NCBI GenBank assembly: GCA_040954595.2
Contig: CM082579.2
Location: forward strand, 11,521,625 to 11,585,624
Direction of reading: 5' to 3'
DNA: 64,000 nucleotides
Source: Balanoglossus misakiensis
Taxonomy: Eukaryota > Animalia > Hemichordata
Within the stretch, counting starts at the first letter, position 1; each line of letters opens with the position of its first letter. The notes under the pieces are model-generated. The model was not told the DNA's origin. It was given only the letters and a program-made list of their open reading frames with translations, and did not search any database. The position numbers and the translations under genes are program-made. Positions 1 through 11,900 of the stretch are shown one piece after another.

Positions 1-80
1 CCAAATTTTGTGTAATGTAGCACTTTAAAGTGAAGGGGTCTTCGCGTGATGTTTGTTTGTTGATAGACATTAAAATTCAC

Positions 81-2039
81 CTACAAAATCCCTGAAATTA
101 GATAATTTTTAGAGCAACTGAAGATCCTGGCGTAGTTTGTGCTGGTATGGGAGGACATATTCTCATCAAGGGGGACACCCATGCGGCGACGACGACCCCT
201 TCCCTTTAAACATTGTATGAAAGCATGCATGACTAAAAGGTCAGAACAACCAAAGCTACTTACATTGGGCTTTTCTGGGGGATCTTCTAGAGAGTCCCTG
301 GCCTAGTTCAAATTGATCCAAAAAATAGAATTAGCAAAACCTTGAAAATGAAATGTTGAAATCTGTCAATGTTATGCCATTTTGGTCAAGGATACATTTG
401 CTGCATATAGAACGATGGATCAAGGTACATTATATTAAACCCAAGATTAGCACATTTTTGAATTCATATGCAAGCTTTAAAAGCACATAATCATTGTGCT
501 ATACGAAATATGCGGTTTGACTGGTCCGACAGTTTAGTCTCCTGATGAGTGAGTCCAGTGACTCATGAAACAGCGTTGTTGAGATTTTACTGCCTTTCGT
601 TTCTCCTACTACCGTACTTTATAATCCTTGTGCCATGTGTGAACACAATGTGTTTGGCTATTTCTGGGTTACAGATATGAAAAGACACTTTAGTTTCAGG
701 ATATCTACAATTGTTGTAAATCACTTACCATGCATCGCAACTCTGTGAGTTTTTCGTCCCTTGCTCCTAACTGTCGCCGTAATGTTTGCCTAAACCTAAA
801 TCTCTGAGAATGAAATAGGAAGAATTATTCATTAAGGATTATAAAAGACGCTTCAAGGAATTGCAGCATGGTGTCATCTATCAAAGTCCTAAATTCTCAA
901 AGTTTATATTTTGAATATGGGGGAACAGGGTGGTGCACAGTACAAAACCACTATGTATGCTAGGTCACATGACATTGGTACTTTGGCCATTCAAGGAATC
1001 AGTTTTTAGCCCATTTTAGAAAAATGATGGCTGATTACTGGTTGCAATGTGTGTAGCAATTGAGAAGTCTTATTTTTAGCATTGTTCAAGACAATGTTTG
1101 CAGTCCCCCCCCCCCCCAAAAAGGCATTTTGATCAAATCTAATGATGCAACAACTTCCCCTCCCAAAGTTGCATTGGCCTTAATCTATTAATTTAACAGA
1201 GCATAACAAAAACAGAGGCATACAAAGAAATGTGTCACACAGTTTTGACAGACATTATGCAAAATTGACTAGGCAATCGAGTGATGCATGGACAAAGGTT
1301 GACCCAACAGTGAATTATTAAACCCAAAACTGAAATCACATATTTGTAGGTAAATTCTAAATTGCATTTCAAATTTAACATACCTTATAGCTTAACTCAC
1401 TCCGTTGCAGCCGGATTGTTCCAAATTTGGGCGAATAATATTCCCACATATCTAAAAAATAATGAAATGATATCAAGGATGATAAATAAAACATTTCACT
1501 ATTTCAAATAAAGCGCTATTATACCAGGTGTATTTCCTCGTTTTTCACATTGCAAGTTGAATATTATCAGCGGTGTAAATTGTTCAAGTCTGAGGCAGTT
1601 AATTGTGTACTAGTTAACTGCATGGTTACAATGAAGAATTACAGGCCAATCATTATAATCACCATTTGAAGCTGTCTATTAAGTGAGCAATCGTCATTTT
1701 ACGGCCTGGAGAGGTGCTGGAGGAATTTCACCAGGCACATGCCAAACCTTTTTTGTGGATTATGACCAAAGGTGTGAATGCAAATGCATTGGTCAATACA
1801 CTGAGGAACCATTAAGGTGCGACATTGGCATTAAACATACAATCGGATAATTTTAGCCTGAGTCGTCTCAGTTAGAAAATGTTATTTAACAGGTACACCC
1901 CACCCCACCCCACCCCACCCTTCCTTGGGCTGGCAGATCAGCAGCTCGAGTTTTTACCTGGAATTGTGTGTGGACGGCGTCTGATTTTGCCGTCCATACA
2001 CAATACATGTACCGGTACACTACTTACAAGACAAAACAT
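81..2039 (-). CDS. Candidate small spliced Arg-rich protein (about 115 aa), unknown function
   Basis: Four putative exons (2039-1958, 1451-1384, 803-729, 203-81) with GT..AG boundaries join in phase (1,0,0) to give MFCLVSSVPVHVLCMDGKIRRRPHTIPDMWEYYSPKFGTIRLQRSELSYKRFRFRQTLRRQLGARDEKLTELRCMGRGRRRRMGVP...GIL*. No family recognised. The last acceptor is weak (AAG) and the stop abuts another donor-like GTGAAT, so the 3' end is uncertain. Confidence 0.4.
487..636. mobile_element. Short hammerhead-containing retroelement fragment (Penelope-like/retrozyme-like) with an internal inversion and target-site duplication
   Basis: 530-620 matches 25641-25731 in direct orientation. 501-529 is the reverse complement of about 25767-25795. 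The insert is flanked by ATAATCATTGTGCTAT (487-502) and ATAATCCTTGTGCCAT (621-636), 14/16 identical. Confidence 0.7.
530..592 (+). ncRNA. Minimal type I hammerhead ribozyme, copy 1
   Basis: Core CTGATGA (542-548); stem II GTGAGTC-cagt-GACTCAT; GAAA (567-570); short stem III (A)CAG-cg-TTG(T); cleavage triplet GTT ending at 580; stem I AGTCTC (536-541)/GAGATT (581-586), extended by CAGT/ACTG across a UU/UU internal loop. Confidence 0.8.
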
Positions 2040-3491
2040 CGAACTATGTGGTACAGACGTGGATCACATCATACCGTGGCTGAAAACTGTTACTCTGAGT
2101 GTCTCATTGCTTGGACCACGACTCCTTGTTTCAGCTCGATATGACTCGAGTTGAAGACACAATAAATCAATATAAATACTACTCGAGTCTTATCGTGACC
2201 TGTATCATGCATGACCCCGATTTGAGTGACGCGCGTGAAAGTGATTTTTGAGAAGCCAAAGGTCAACCCCGTTATGTCCTCGCTCCCTAGTATAATAATA
2301 CTGCACTGTAAAAACATAAAAACTTGGTGTTTTACGTTCGGATATTCTAAGACCGGAAAACCTATCGCTCGAGGGCACTCACTGAGTTCCGACATCATTC
2401 AGTGAAATAAAAATCGGCCGTAAAGTATAGACAGTGACCGTATATGCTTAAAAATAGCCTAATGCTTAGCGAAAGCAAAAAAAAAAAAAATAATAATGAT
2501 AATTTCAAACGTGGTTAGCAGAAAAGTGAATTTCGCTCATTTGTCTAAAATGTTGCAAGTGCTATGGACACGGAAAAGTACGTGAGGACGCTTATGCTAG
2601 AATAATCGTAAAATTGAAAGTCTTGTCATTTAGGCCCCGATGTTAATTGTTCATTCTCCTTCGCAAGTATATCTTTTTAAAATCGGTAATAAATCGCACT
2701 GGGTTATTAAACATGCTTGGTTTTGAAACTAATGTGACTAACGAGGCAACATTGAGTGCGTTGGTCATTCTGTTGTTTTCTACCATTCAATTTGAATTCA
2801 TTTGTCTGAGCTATATGAAGACCTAAACGTTCATGAAAATGACAACAGCAAAAGTGAGTTTTCTAGCAATCCTATGGGGAAAGGCAAATCTAATGCGCTC
2901 GTAAAGATTGTCATTTCTACTCAATTGACTGCTGCCCACGTGGATCTATTTATGCTGTAACTCAATACTTTGTTTACTTTCGATTGCCTTCGACGCTAAT
3001 GTTTTAAGCCATGCAATAAGGCCCTAGTTCTACTGTTGAGTTAGTAAATTATAGAGGTTGGCCTTTTAGTGTTGACAATCCCATGATCTTGACCCGACTT
3101 GCTCCGAGTCCTTTGTACCATTTATTGTTTTGGTTTGACTTAAGGTGGACCTGTTTTCTAGTTTTGGCCCAGTCTCGCTGCACTCAATTTCGAAGACGTC
3201 CGGTCGCCATTATTCTAACACATTACTCAAGCAGAAAACAGAAATTATTGTCACAACAAAATCCCTGCCATTCTTTCTATACAACTTTCTTGCCTATGGT
3301 TTCTCTTGGTACACGACGGATGTGGCATGCACAACGCGAACCGGAACACACGACACGGGCCGGTACAACGGCGCAGCAACTTAAGGGAAGCTGCACGCAA
3401 ACACAACGAAAAATCAGTGACAATAAATATTACACTTACTTGCAATCCTTTGGCACTGTGACAGTATCAGGAGGACTATAATCGATGGAAA

Positions 3492-3800
3492 ACTAATACT
3501 GAACTAAATACTATAACTAAATACTAACAGAAACTGATACTTTAACTAAACTACTAAAAGACGCTAATACTATGACTAAATACTATCAAAAACTAATTCT
3601 ATAAATAAATACTATACTATAACTAAATACTAACTGAAACTAATACTATAACTAAACTACTAACAGAAGCTAATACTACAACTAAATACTAACAAGTAAC
3701 TTATACTATGACTAAATACTAACGAAAAATAATACTATACCTAACTATAACTAATAATCTAAACTAAGAAATGTGATAAATTAACCTAAACTAAGAAAAA
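3492..3800. repeat. Degenerate ACTA-rich minisatellite / low-complexity tract
   Basis: Recurring motifs ACTAAATACTAAC and TAATACTATAACTAAA; the + strand is very G-poor. Confidence 0.75.
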
Positions 3801-5148
3801 ACTCGAGAAAAAAGATCTATCTAAAGCTAGCAAAAATATAAATGGCGGCGAGAATAATGGAACGTGTGATGGGTACAGGGAACGAAATCGAACTGAATTT
3901 CAGCAGCAAGAGTTTTATTGTTATGCAAATACTTTGAGCGATATGCTAAATAGACAGAAGTGTAAATGACATTGTAAGGAGGTGTTGAAACAAACTGAAC
4001 ACAGTTGTTGATAGCATGCAGATGAGCTGTCAACAATCTCACCAATCAGGAACAGCCTTCCAAGGCTGCATAGCGCTCTCGTAAGGTTATTTTTGACTGT
4101 TCAAATTCTTTACCATGTCACTGCTGCCACTGGCATACAACAATGCATATAACTCATCAACTTTACATGGATTCACTGGCATCAATGATATTCCTTCCAA
4201 AGCGCCACCCATTGTCAAATTACACATGTTGCATGCTTCTGACACGCTCTACCTAAGACAACTTAGACTATAATATCCGAAACTAAATATTAGACATTAG
4301 CTCAGTCTATGTCACATGTCATGGCGCATTTCTTCGAGATAATACTTTACATAGCAAAAGCCCTTACTACGCACTCACTCGATCGCGACTTTACGCTGGT
4401 ATTAGCAACGTTTACATGCAGGGACATTGTGGATCAAAATCTGTAAGAAATAGCTTTATTCTCAGTATTTCTGTTCTGTGTAAAATTGCAATTTCTTGTT
4501 TTACTCGAAACATCACGTTAATATACCCAATACCCCACTTTTTAACATTGCCTGTATGTGTGTAATGGCCATTGTTATCACTGTTGACAAATGAATTCTA
4601 GTTCGGACATGAATTCAAATTTTACACAATAACAATACTGAATATAGACATACATGTACATGAAGTATTTAGAAGCTTAATTCTGGGTATTTTGGAATTT
4701 TATCTAGAACCGCATCAGACACACAAACCAAAATTACTGGAAACATGGTCAAAAGTTGGAGCAATATTTCATTTGGGATCTAAATTTGTGTCCTAAACCC
4801 CTGCGTCGCTCGCGGTGATTGGTAACTATAATGTCCCCGTGTCCCCTGCATATACGTCTTTTCGTCTCATTAGTATTTACTGTTCCGAATGCAGCTGATT
4901 CATTGACTGCCTGATGTTCTTGTCCCTGCCTCACTTTCGAGTGTTCCTTGCCTCGTTCTTCCACGTGGTCCACGCTGTCACGTAATCTGCGGGCCCAGCC
5001 AATCATTGCAGACAGAGCATCATTGGTCACAGCAATTTTTTTTATCCCTCTTGCCTTATAAGCTATGGAAGGTAGATTGGCCAAGTCGGGCTATGTGTTC
5101 AATGGTGTAGGATTCGCGTTTATAGCAGGAGAAATTCAACCATCCGTC

Positions 5149-5266
5149 GCCTATGGCCATACCACGTAGAATAACCCGGTTCTCGTCTGATCACCGAAGC
5201 AAACCTGCGTTGGGCGTAGTTAGTATTTGGATGGGAGACCGCCTGGGAGCTACGTGCTGTAGGGTT
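5149..5266 (+). rRNA. 5S rRNA gene, full length but divergent (possibly an orphon or pseudogene)
   Basis: GCCTATGGCCATACCACG...TTCTCGTCTGATCACCGAAG...GTTAGTATTTGGATGGGAGACCGCCTGGGA...GTGCTGTAGGGTT matches the metazoan 5S consensus, including the internal control region. TATAG motif about 28 nt upstream and a T-run downstream. Small deletion near GGGAATAC. Confidence 0.9.
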
Positions 5267-5267
5267 A

Positions 5268-5273
5268 TTTTTT
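5268..5273 (+). terminator. RNA polymerase III oligo-T terminator
   Basis: TTTTTT immediately after the 5S 3' end. Confidence 0.75.
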
Positions 5274-5488
5274 CCAACTTTTCCATTAATGAGTAGCCGG
5301 ATGGGTAATATTTTTTGTTGCAAGTGTCCGTTTCTTCCTTTTTTCTGCAAGTGTCTGAATTCCAAAACCACTTTTTGCAGAAAAAAACAAACCGCATTTT
5401 TTTCATCCCACAAAACTTAGCCAAGTCGGGTTTTGTGTTCAATGGTGTAGGATTCGGGTTTATAGCAGTATAAATTCAACCATCCTTC

Positions 5489-5519
5489 GCAGACGGCCAT
5501 ACCACGTAGAATAAGCCGG
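5489..5519 (+). pseudogene. 3'-truncated 5S rRNA copy
   Basis: GCAGACGGCCATACCACGTAGAATAAGCCGG corresponds to the first ~30 nt of 5S, preceded by the same spacer. Confidence 0.85.
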
Positions 5520-5930
5520 GAAACGGGAAACGTAGTTCTTACAAGAACTAATCATTAATATGCTAGCCAAGTTTTTGGCCAAGATGGAAGTCCTTACCTT
5601 TTAGCGTAGCGCAGACAGTGGTGGGAATGGGGCAGGGGACCGGACTAGATTTTCATTTGAAATTGTCAGTATTGATACAAAGTGCTGTTTCTCAACTGAC
5701 TGCGATCATTGTTGATTGACAATTGTGGACACCAGCAGCACACGAGCGACTGTGTGGCGGTGTAGAGAATATGACCGGCGATTGACCCCAAGTGTAAGCA
5801 AAAACCTGGCAATGTATGTATCTGTGCCTAGGGCCCTGTACACAATTGAGGTTAGCACGACCTTATCTTGACTATCAGTATATACTAATATAGGCTACCC
5901 GTTTAACGCCATACTGTGGGTGTTTCTAAC

Positions 5931-8900
5931 ATGGCACCTCCATCGTACGGCCGTGGAATCCGGGCAGTGGCCGGCGCGACAGTCGGAGCCGCCGTTGCGC
6001 ACAGTATGTACCCGTACTGGCTTCAAGACATCCGTGCCATTCGCACGCAGAAAGCCTCCCGGGAGAAAGTCGACGAAATGTCGAAAGCTGGCCGATATCT
6101 GGTCGACGTATTTTCAGAGGCAGTTCGTAACCATCCCCATAAGTTGTGTGTTATTCACGAAAGGCGGCTGTACACGTATGGAGATATTGACAGGCTCTCC
6201 AACAATATTGCACATCTGCTGAGACGTCGAGGGATGAAATGTGGCGATAGGATTGCAATATTCATGTATAACGAACCGGCTTTCATCTGGTCATATCTCG
6301 GCTGTGCCAAGCTCGGAATCAGCTGTGCTTTTATCAACTACAATCTTCGAGCGGAACCTTTAGTACATTGTTTAGACATTAGCGAAGCCAGAGTCGTGGT
6401 CGTTGGACATGGTGAGTAAATATTATTTTCTTCAAATTGTTAAAGACCCATAAGCTGCAACTTTGTGGGAAATTATTATAAAATATTGATTTTCAAAGTG
6501 TACTTATATAAGCCCGTAAAGATGTATGAGCTGAAGTATATACATTTATCATACACCCTAAGTATAAGTGCATATGGAAGTTTTAACCAGATCAATAATA
6601 AAGCTTTGTCGCAAAAGAATATGGCTGCCACCGTGGAAAATGCAAAATAAAACGCTTCATAAACAAAGCATAATGTCATCGACTAAAATACTTTAAATAA
6701 TCGGCTGAAAATATCATTTGACCTTACAAAATTGCTACAAAGGGGTTCTCAATAGTTTCCGGTAGTATTGAAATATCCTTGATAACATATTACTACAATG
6801 TTCAAAATACCAGCAACAAAAATGCCAAACTAGCAACACCGTATTTCTTTGATGCCAGCGACACGTTATCTCTAAAATTGTAACAACGTCACAATTTAGT
6901 AGACAAAGAGGCGCCCCATCCCAATTGCGCAGTTGAAGTAGTGCATGTTGAGAGAGACGTGTCGACTCGAACACGGACGACGAGAGTTGTTAAGCGTGTC
7001 GAACGCTGCTCTACGAATCTTGTAGTTACCTTCTGACCGGGACATTTGTGCTTGAACGGACTGGGTTCCTCCAACTTCAGGTCGGTAGATTCCTGTGAAG
7101 CAGAGACGTGAATTTTGCCGTTCCTAGTGCCGCGGGTTGCAGTGTTTCCCCTCTGTTGAACTTTTTTTAGAGATTGAGATGAGAATTAGCAGTGTATGAT
7201 GGAGACGACGTACCAAACTGCCATGTTGTATTCTGAATTTATGTTGAAATAAATACGACGTAAGAGTTTGAACCGCATTGCTGTGTGGACTGATACTTTT
7301 GTGGCAAATTCCGGCGTGCGAGGCCGCCGGTAACCTTACAGCGATCACCCGGCCGCTTGAGAACTTTCTCGACCTACGCATGAACTTGTTCTTTGTGGTT
7401 GTGGCAGCAATCGTGACAGGTTGTTTGAAAAAAAAACTTGACGCGTTATCGCGCCCAGCGGCAGACGCCACGTGATTTTTTTCAGATCTGGCTTTTTCAA
7501 CGTGTTTGTTTGGCGTTCATGATTAGTATATTGTCGGAGAACAAATAACTGTTATTTGAACACTTCATAGTATACCCAAAACCTTGCATCGCTTGCGGAT
7601 CCTGATAGAGATCACTTTGGGCCAATCAGGCACTTTCATTACTACGCCCAATCACACTTCGAGTTCACCCTCTCAATGTAGCAATTTGTGCTTGTTATTA
7701 CGTCCGCCTCATGTTCCTTTGCAACTTTGGAAATTTTCTCATCAGTTGGGTTCTAGCGGTTCAGTACTTAACACCGCCTATTACTGCAATAAACGTGCCT
7801 TTTGCACTTTACGTTGGTCGTCCGTGTCAGACATCATTTAAGGAACCTTGTTCATCTAAAATACCGCAACATATATATCCATGTTCTTGTTCCGCTATTT
7901 CCATTCCGAAAACCCCAAAGTTTTAAACGTGTACACTTTGACTAGAAAAGGCCTCAGACACCTTCATATGCTGTCCGACAGCCGGGGTGGGATATCCGAC
8001 TGCGATGCACCTCAAAGTGGCGTGGAGCTGGTCATGTTTGGAGCGGTGCAGCCGGCCGGTGGATCGACGTCCCACACTTTCATACCCGCCGGCGTGCAGC
8101 AATCGGCAAGAACCCATCGATGTTACAATTTTAGAGATAACGTGTCGCTGGCATCAAAGAAATACGGTGTTGCTAGTTTGGCATTTGTAGCAGCTATTTC
8201 GAATTCCGTGGTAAAAGTCTACCCAATTCTGACGACGAAATGAATACTTTTAAGGCGACACCCAAGATGGCTGCCGCGTATTTAATTTTCCATATTTCGG
8301 AATATTGTTTAAAGTTTCTGTCGCAAATTAAGCATTCCACACCCGATCTTCTGTCAATTTTGCGCGCGCTCAGATGGTTCAATGAACATGGCGGACGATT
8401 CGCATTTGGATAGTGATTCTCTGCAAAGAGACTCATGTGTTTTCTCGCTTTGCTCACTCACGCACAGTCTTACATTTTCCTCTTACATTTCAAACAATAA
8501 ACATTGGCTATTTGCGTGTCAAAGGACTCTACTCTAACCATGGCAACTTGAGTCGTTGGCCACCACATGATCATGATTATGACGTCTTAGAAATCAATTA
8601 CAACCTGATCTACTGCTATTTGGCCGCATTAATGAGCAGGGTGTTGCTCAATATCAGTGACCTGAGTTGCCATGGTTGAGAGTCGTTTAAAATTATCAGA
8701 ATGTGTCTCCTGCAATAATTTGTTCACCTTAGAACAAAGTGACCCGTGGACTCTCAACCAATGAAATACTGTCCGACACTGTAGGCATATACATGTACCT
8801 TCACCATTTGAGATGTGAAGGCAAGAGCGTCACAAAGCACACATACCATCCATCATCCATTGAAAAAAAATATGTGCACAGTAGTTGACATTCACAACCA

Positions 8901-11900
8901 TGACGACCTTCTAAATTCACAGACTGACGTGTTTCGCCTAGTAACAGTCACATGACATTATTTGAACAAACTGACTCTATCAAGGTCTAGCTACGCGGGT
9001 CAACCGCTTCGTAAAAAACTCATGCCATCCAGTTTTACACTGATTATTGATAAATTAGCGATCGCTTTCAACCATAAATCGTTAAAACGATGATGTACAT
9101 CATAAGTTGGTTGACAAAATCAATAAAGATGGTAGATAACAGAAACGAGTAACACTTTCAGCCTGCTCTGACATACTATTTACATAATAAATGACTTCAA
9201 ATGGGTTACGGACAAATCAGGCCAGGGTTTATAATCGGGATTTCTCTGTCTTATTGCATTAATGACTGACTAATAAACTGACGTTAGTTTTTCTTTTTTC
9301 TCGGTATCGCGGTACATAATTAAATTCAGTACTTTCTGATACTACAAAGTACGCCGCTTGCATACTAAATCCTAAACAAAGCGCCCGAAGTTCAACGTAC
9401 TACAACGTACTTAATCGACCCTTCTATTATTTGTTTTAACGTTTCTATTATGAGTATGCTCACACACAAGCTATACTATCAAAGTCAATTTTTTGCCGTT
9501 AATATAGACTAATTATAACACTTTACAGCTGGGAGGATTTCGACATTTTGAGTGACGCCTTGTTCTATTATATTAATAGAAATGTTAGAGACTGCCATGA
9601 TGCATAAGCCACAACAGATAATTTACATCGTATTTTTCTACTAGTACACATCGTTCATTATTTTCTTTCAGACATTGAACTTTTTGAAGCATTAAGGGGT
9701 GACAAAGAAGCCCTGGGGGAAATGGGATTTAGTGTACTAAGCATCGGACCAAATCCAGACTCCCTGAAATATGACTTTGTCGAACCCATCGATCAGCAAA
9801 TTGACCTTTCACCCGATGACCCCATACCAACTGAAATGAGAAGTGGAATCAAACCTAGTGATGTAGCAGCGCTGATATACACGTCTGGCACGACAGGTAA
9901 TATTACATTTATTTTGTTTTGATCTTCTGTATGTTATTAAGTAGATTATCACAAATATCAATGCATGCTTTGCACCGCACAAGAACTATAGTGGCTACAA
10001 GTGCTATACTTGGACACATTTGCTTGTACGGTTGTGAAATATGGACAGTTGGAAATAACCAGATAACGTCACTACATTTTAAAAACTGTTTAACGAGACA
10101 AGAAACACTGACCAGAAAATAAACACTTGGACGATTTATCACAACACATTTCGTCATAACATGTAGAGGGTCTTATTCTCTTAAAATTACCAAATTTCAC
10201 CAGGTCTACCGAAAGCAGCCAAAATCACTTACCACAGGCAGTTGAGGACTTTCGCCTCTGTTCCTGAACTTCGACCTGATGACAGGATTTACTTATTTCT
10301 TCCGCTGTATCACAGCAACGCGTTTTTGTCTGGCTTGGGAAATTCTTTTCGGTTAGGTAAGTAAATAAAATACATTTATTATAAGAGGATGGACTGGAAG
10401 AAATAAGGGGCAGTCGGTCTGTCGGTAGGTCTGTCACTTAAAAGTGACTGTTCCCTATGACATATTGCTAAAATGTGACACTCTTTGACAAATTTGTAAA
10501 ATATCCACTCACACAGCCCCGGTTCATCCGCCCACCCCTTCGTTATAAATGGAAGCTCCCTAATCACACTGGCCATCTACCCAAACTGAAGATGACGGCG
10601 ACAGAGAGGATGTATTTGCGAACGATTATCTCGCTATTGAGATAAAAAAATGAAATTTGTCTTCAATATTCGGCGCTTCGTTTGATACCTAGACTTACAG
10701 AAATGAACTGAAACGTATGCCATAAATATTCTTTTGACGAAACGCTCCTTCATGAGCAGCATACGGAACATCATTTGAAACAGTCTTTTTAATTACATCG
10801 CATGAATGTTAGGTGTAATACATGTGGTCCAAACACGACTGTAACGAACGTTTGCCTTTTAAAATGTCAAGAAATAAAGCTGTTATTTTTATCTATTTCA
10901 GCTGCCACGATAGTCCTCTCTCGAAAATTCTCCGTGACAAATTTCTGGGAGGATTGTTGTCATTATGGCGTCACCTATTTTCTTTACATTGGGGAAATAT
11001 GTCGGTATCTGTTGTCAAGGCCTGAGGTTTGTTAGTGAACACCTTGTTGCTTACTACTATTTATACACTTTTTACACATTTGTACTTCTGTCATGTCTCC
11101 CAATTCTCCCTACCTTAAATAGGTTTTAAGCTACCAATAGTGAGTGATGAAAATCTCATATGGTCGACACAAGTTCAAGATGACCGGTTTTTGTCATGTT
11201 TAAGAAATGGGAGTTCATAAGCTAAAGTGATGATGGGTCATTCTGAAACTTTTTAACAGAAAAAAATAACACAATGTGAAAAAAGTTTTATGAGTTTAAT
11301 AAGGTGACTACAAAGACAGACATGTTTGACCAAAGGAAGTCATGAAATACAGTAAACATACCATTTCTTCTATCTCTTACTACTGTGGGTTGTCGACTTT
11401 TTGCCCAGAATGCAATGTGATTTGACCCCCTAGCGCAAGCCAGAATTGGCGTGGGGTGGGGTGGGATACATTCGTTCTGAGTCTGGTCGGAGTGTTGGGT
11501 GGTGATGATGAAGGATGATGGTTGAGACGGGAACACGTGTAGAGTGTAGATTTAAACGCCCACCATGTCACACACCTAACTTTGAAGTGTGAAAACCTTA
11601 GCACGCCATGCGGGCGAGTTCTCACCTTGGAAATGTAGTTACACTCAAGCATAGGCCCACATTCCAAGTTCTTTTGTCCCCTTCTCGGAATTTTAAATAT
11701 GAAGTAGAGTATTTGTATAATTCTTCAGCCTGGGCTATCAGTATTGTAAATGTCTTTGTCTTGTTCGCTGCTTGGGCGAAGAACAGTAGTGTTCTGTACA
11801 GACCCCACGCGGGCGATTTGATGTGTTTTAAAATGATATCTGTATTTTAGTGAGTGTTCAGTTCTACATGTGGGTTGTAAGAGTTCAGTTCTACAAGGGA

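Larger units (their letters stand above)
5050..5519 (+). repeat. Fragment of a 5S rDNA tandem array (about 1.3 units, 340-bp period)
   Basis: The upstream block GCCAAGTCGGG...TATAGCAG...CAACCATCC precedes 5S starts at both 5149 and 5489. The same spacer blocks recur at 26444-26620. Confidence 0.85.

Noticed and set aside
2090-3481. Single-exon ORFs of about 100-130 aa
   Set aside because: No motifs or splice support; length expected by chance.
5120-5442. ORFs over the 5S region (also 26369-26701)
   Set aside because: Chance frames across 5S rDNA and its spacer.
5149-5519. 5S-derived SINE3
   Set aside because: Copies share upstream spacer and a tandem period, and have no LINE-like tail.
6889-8457. 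Short ORFs in the CpG-rich FATP intron block as a transposase or nested gene
   Set aside because: No recognisable DDE, THAP or other motif and no consistent exon chain.
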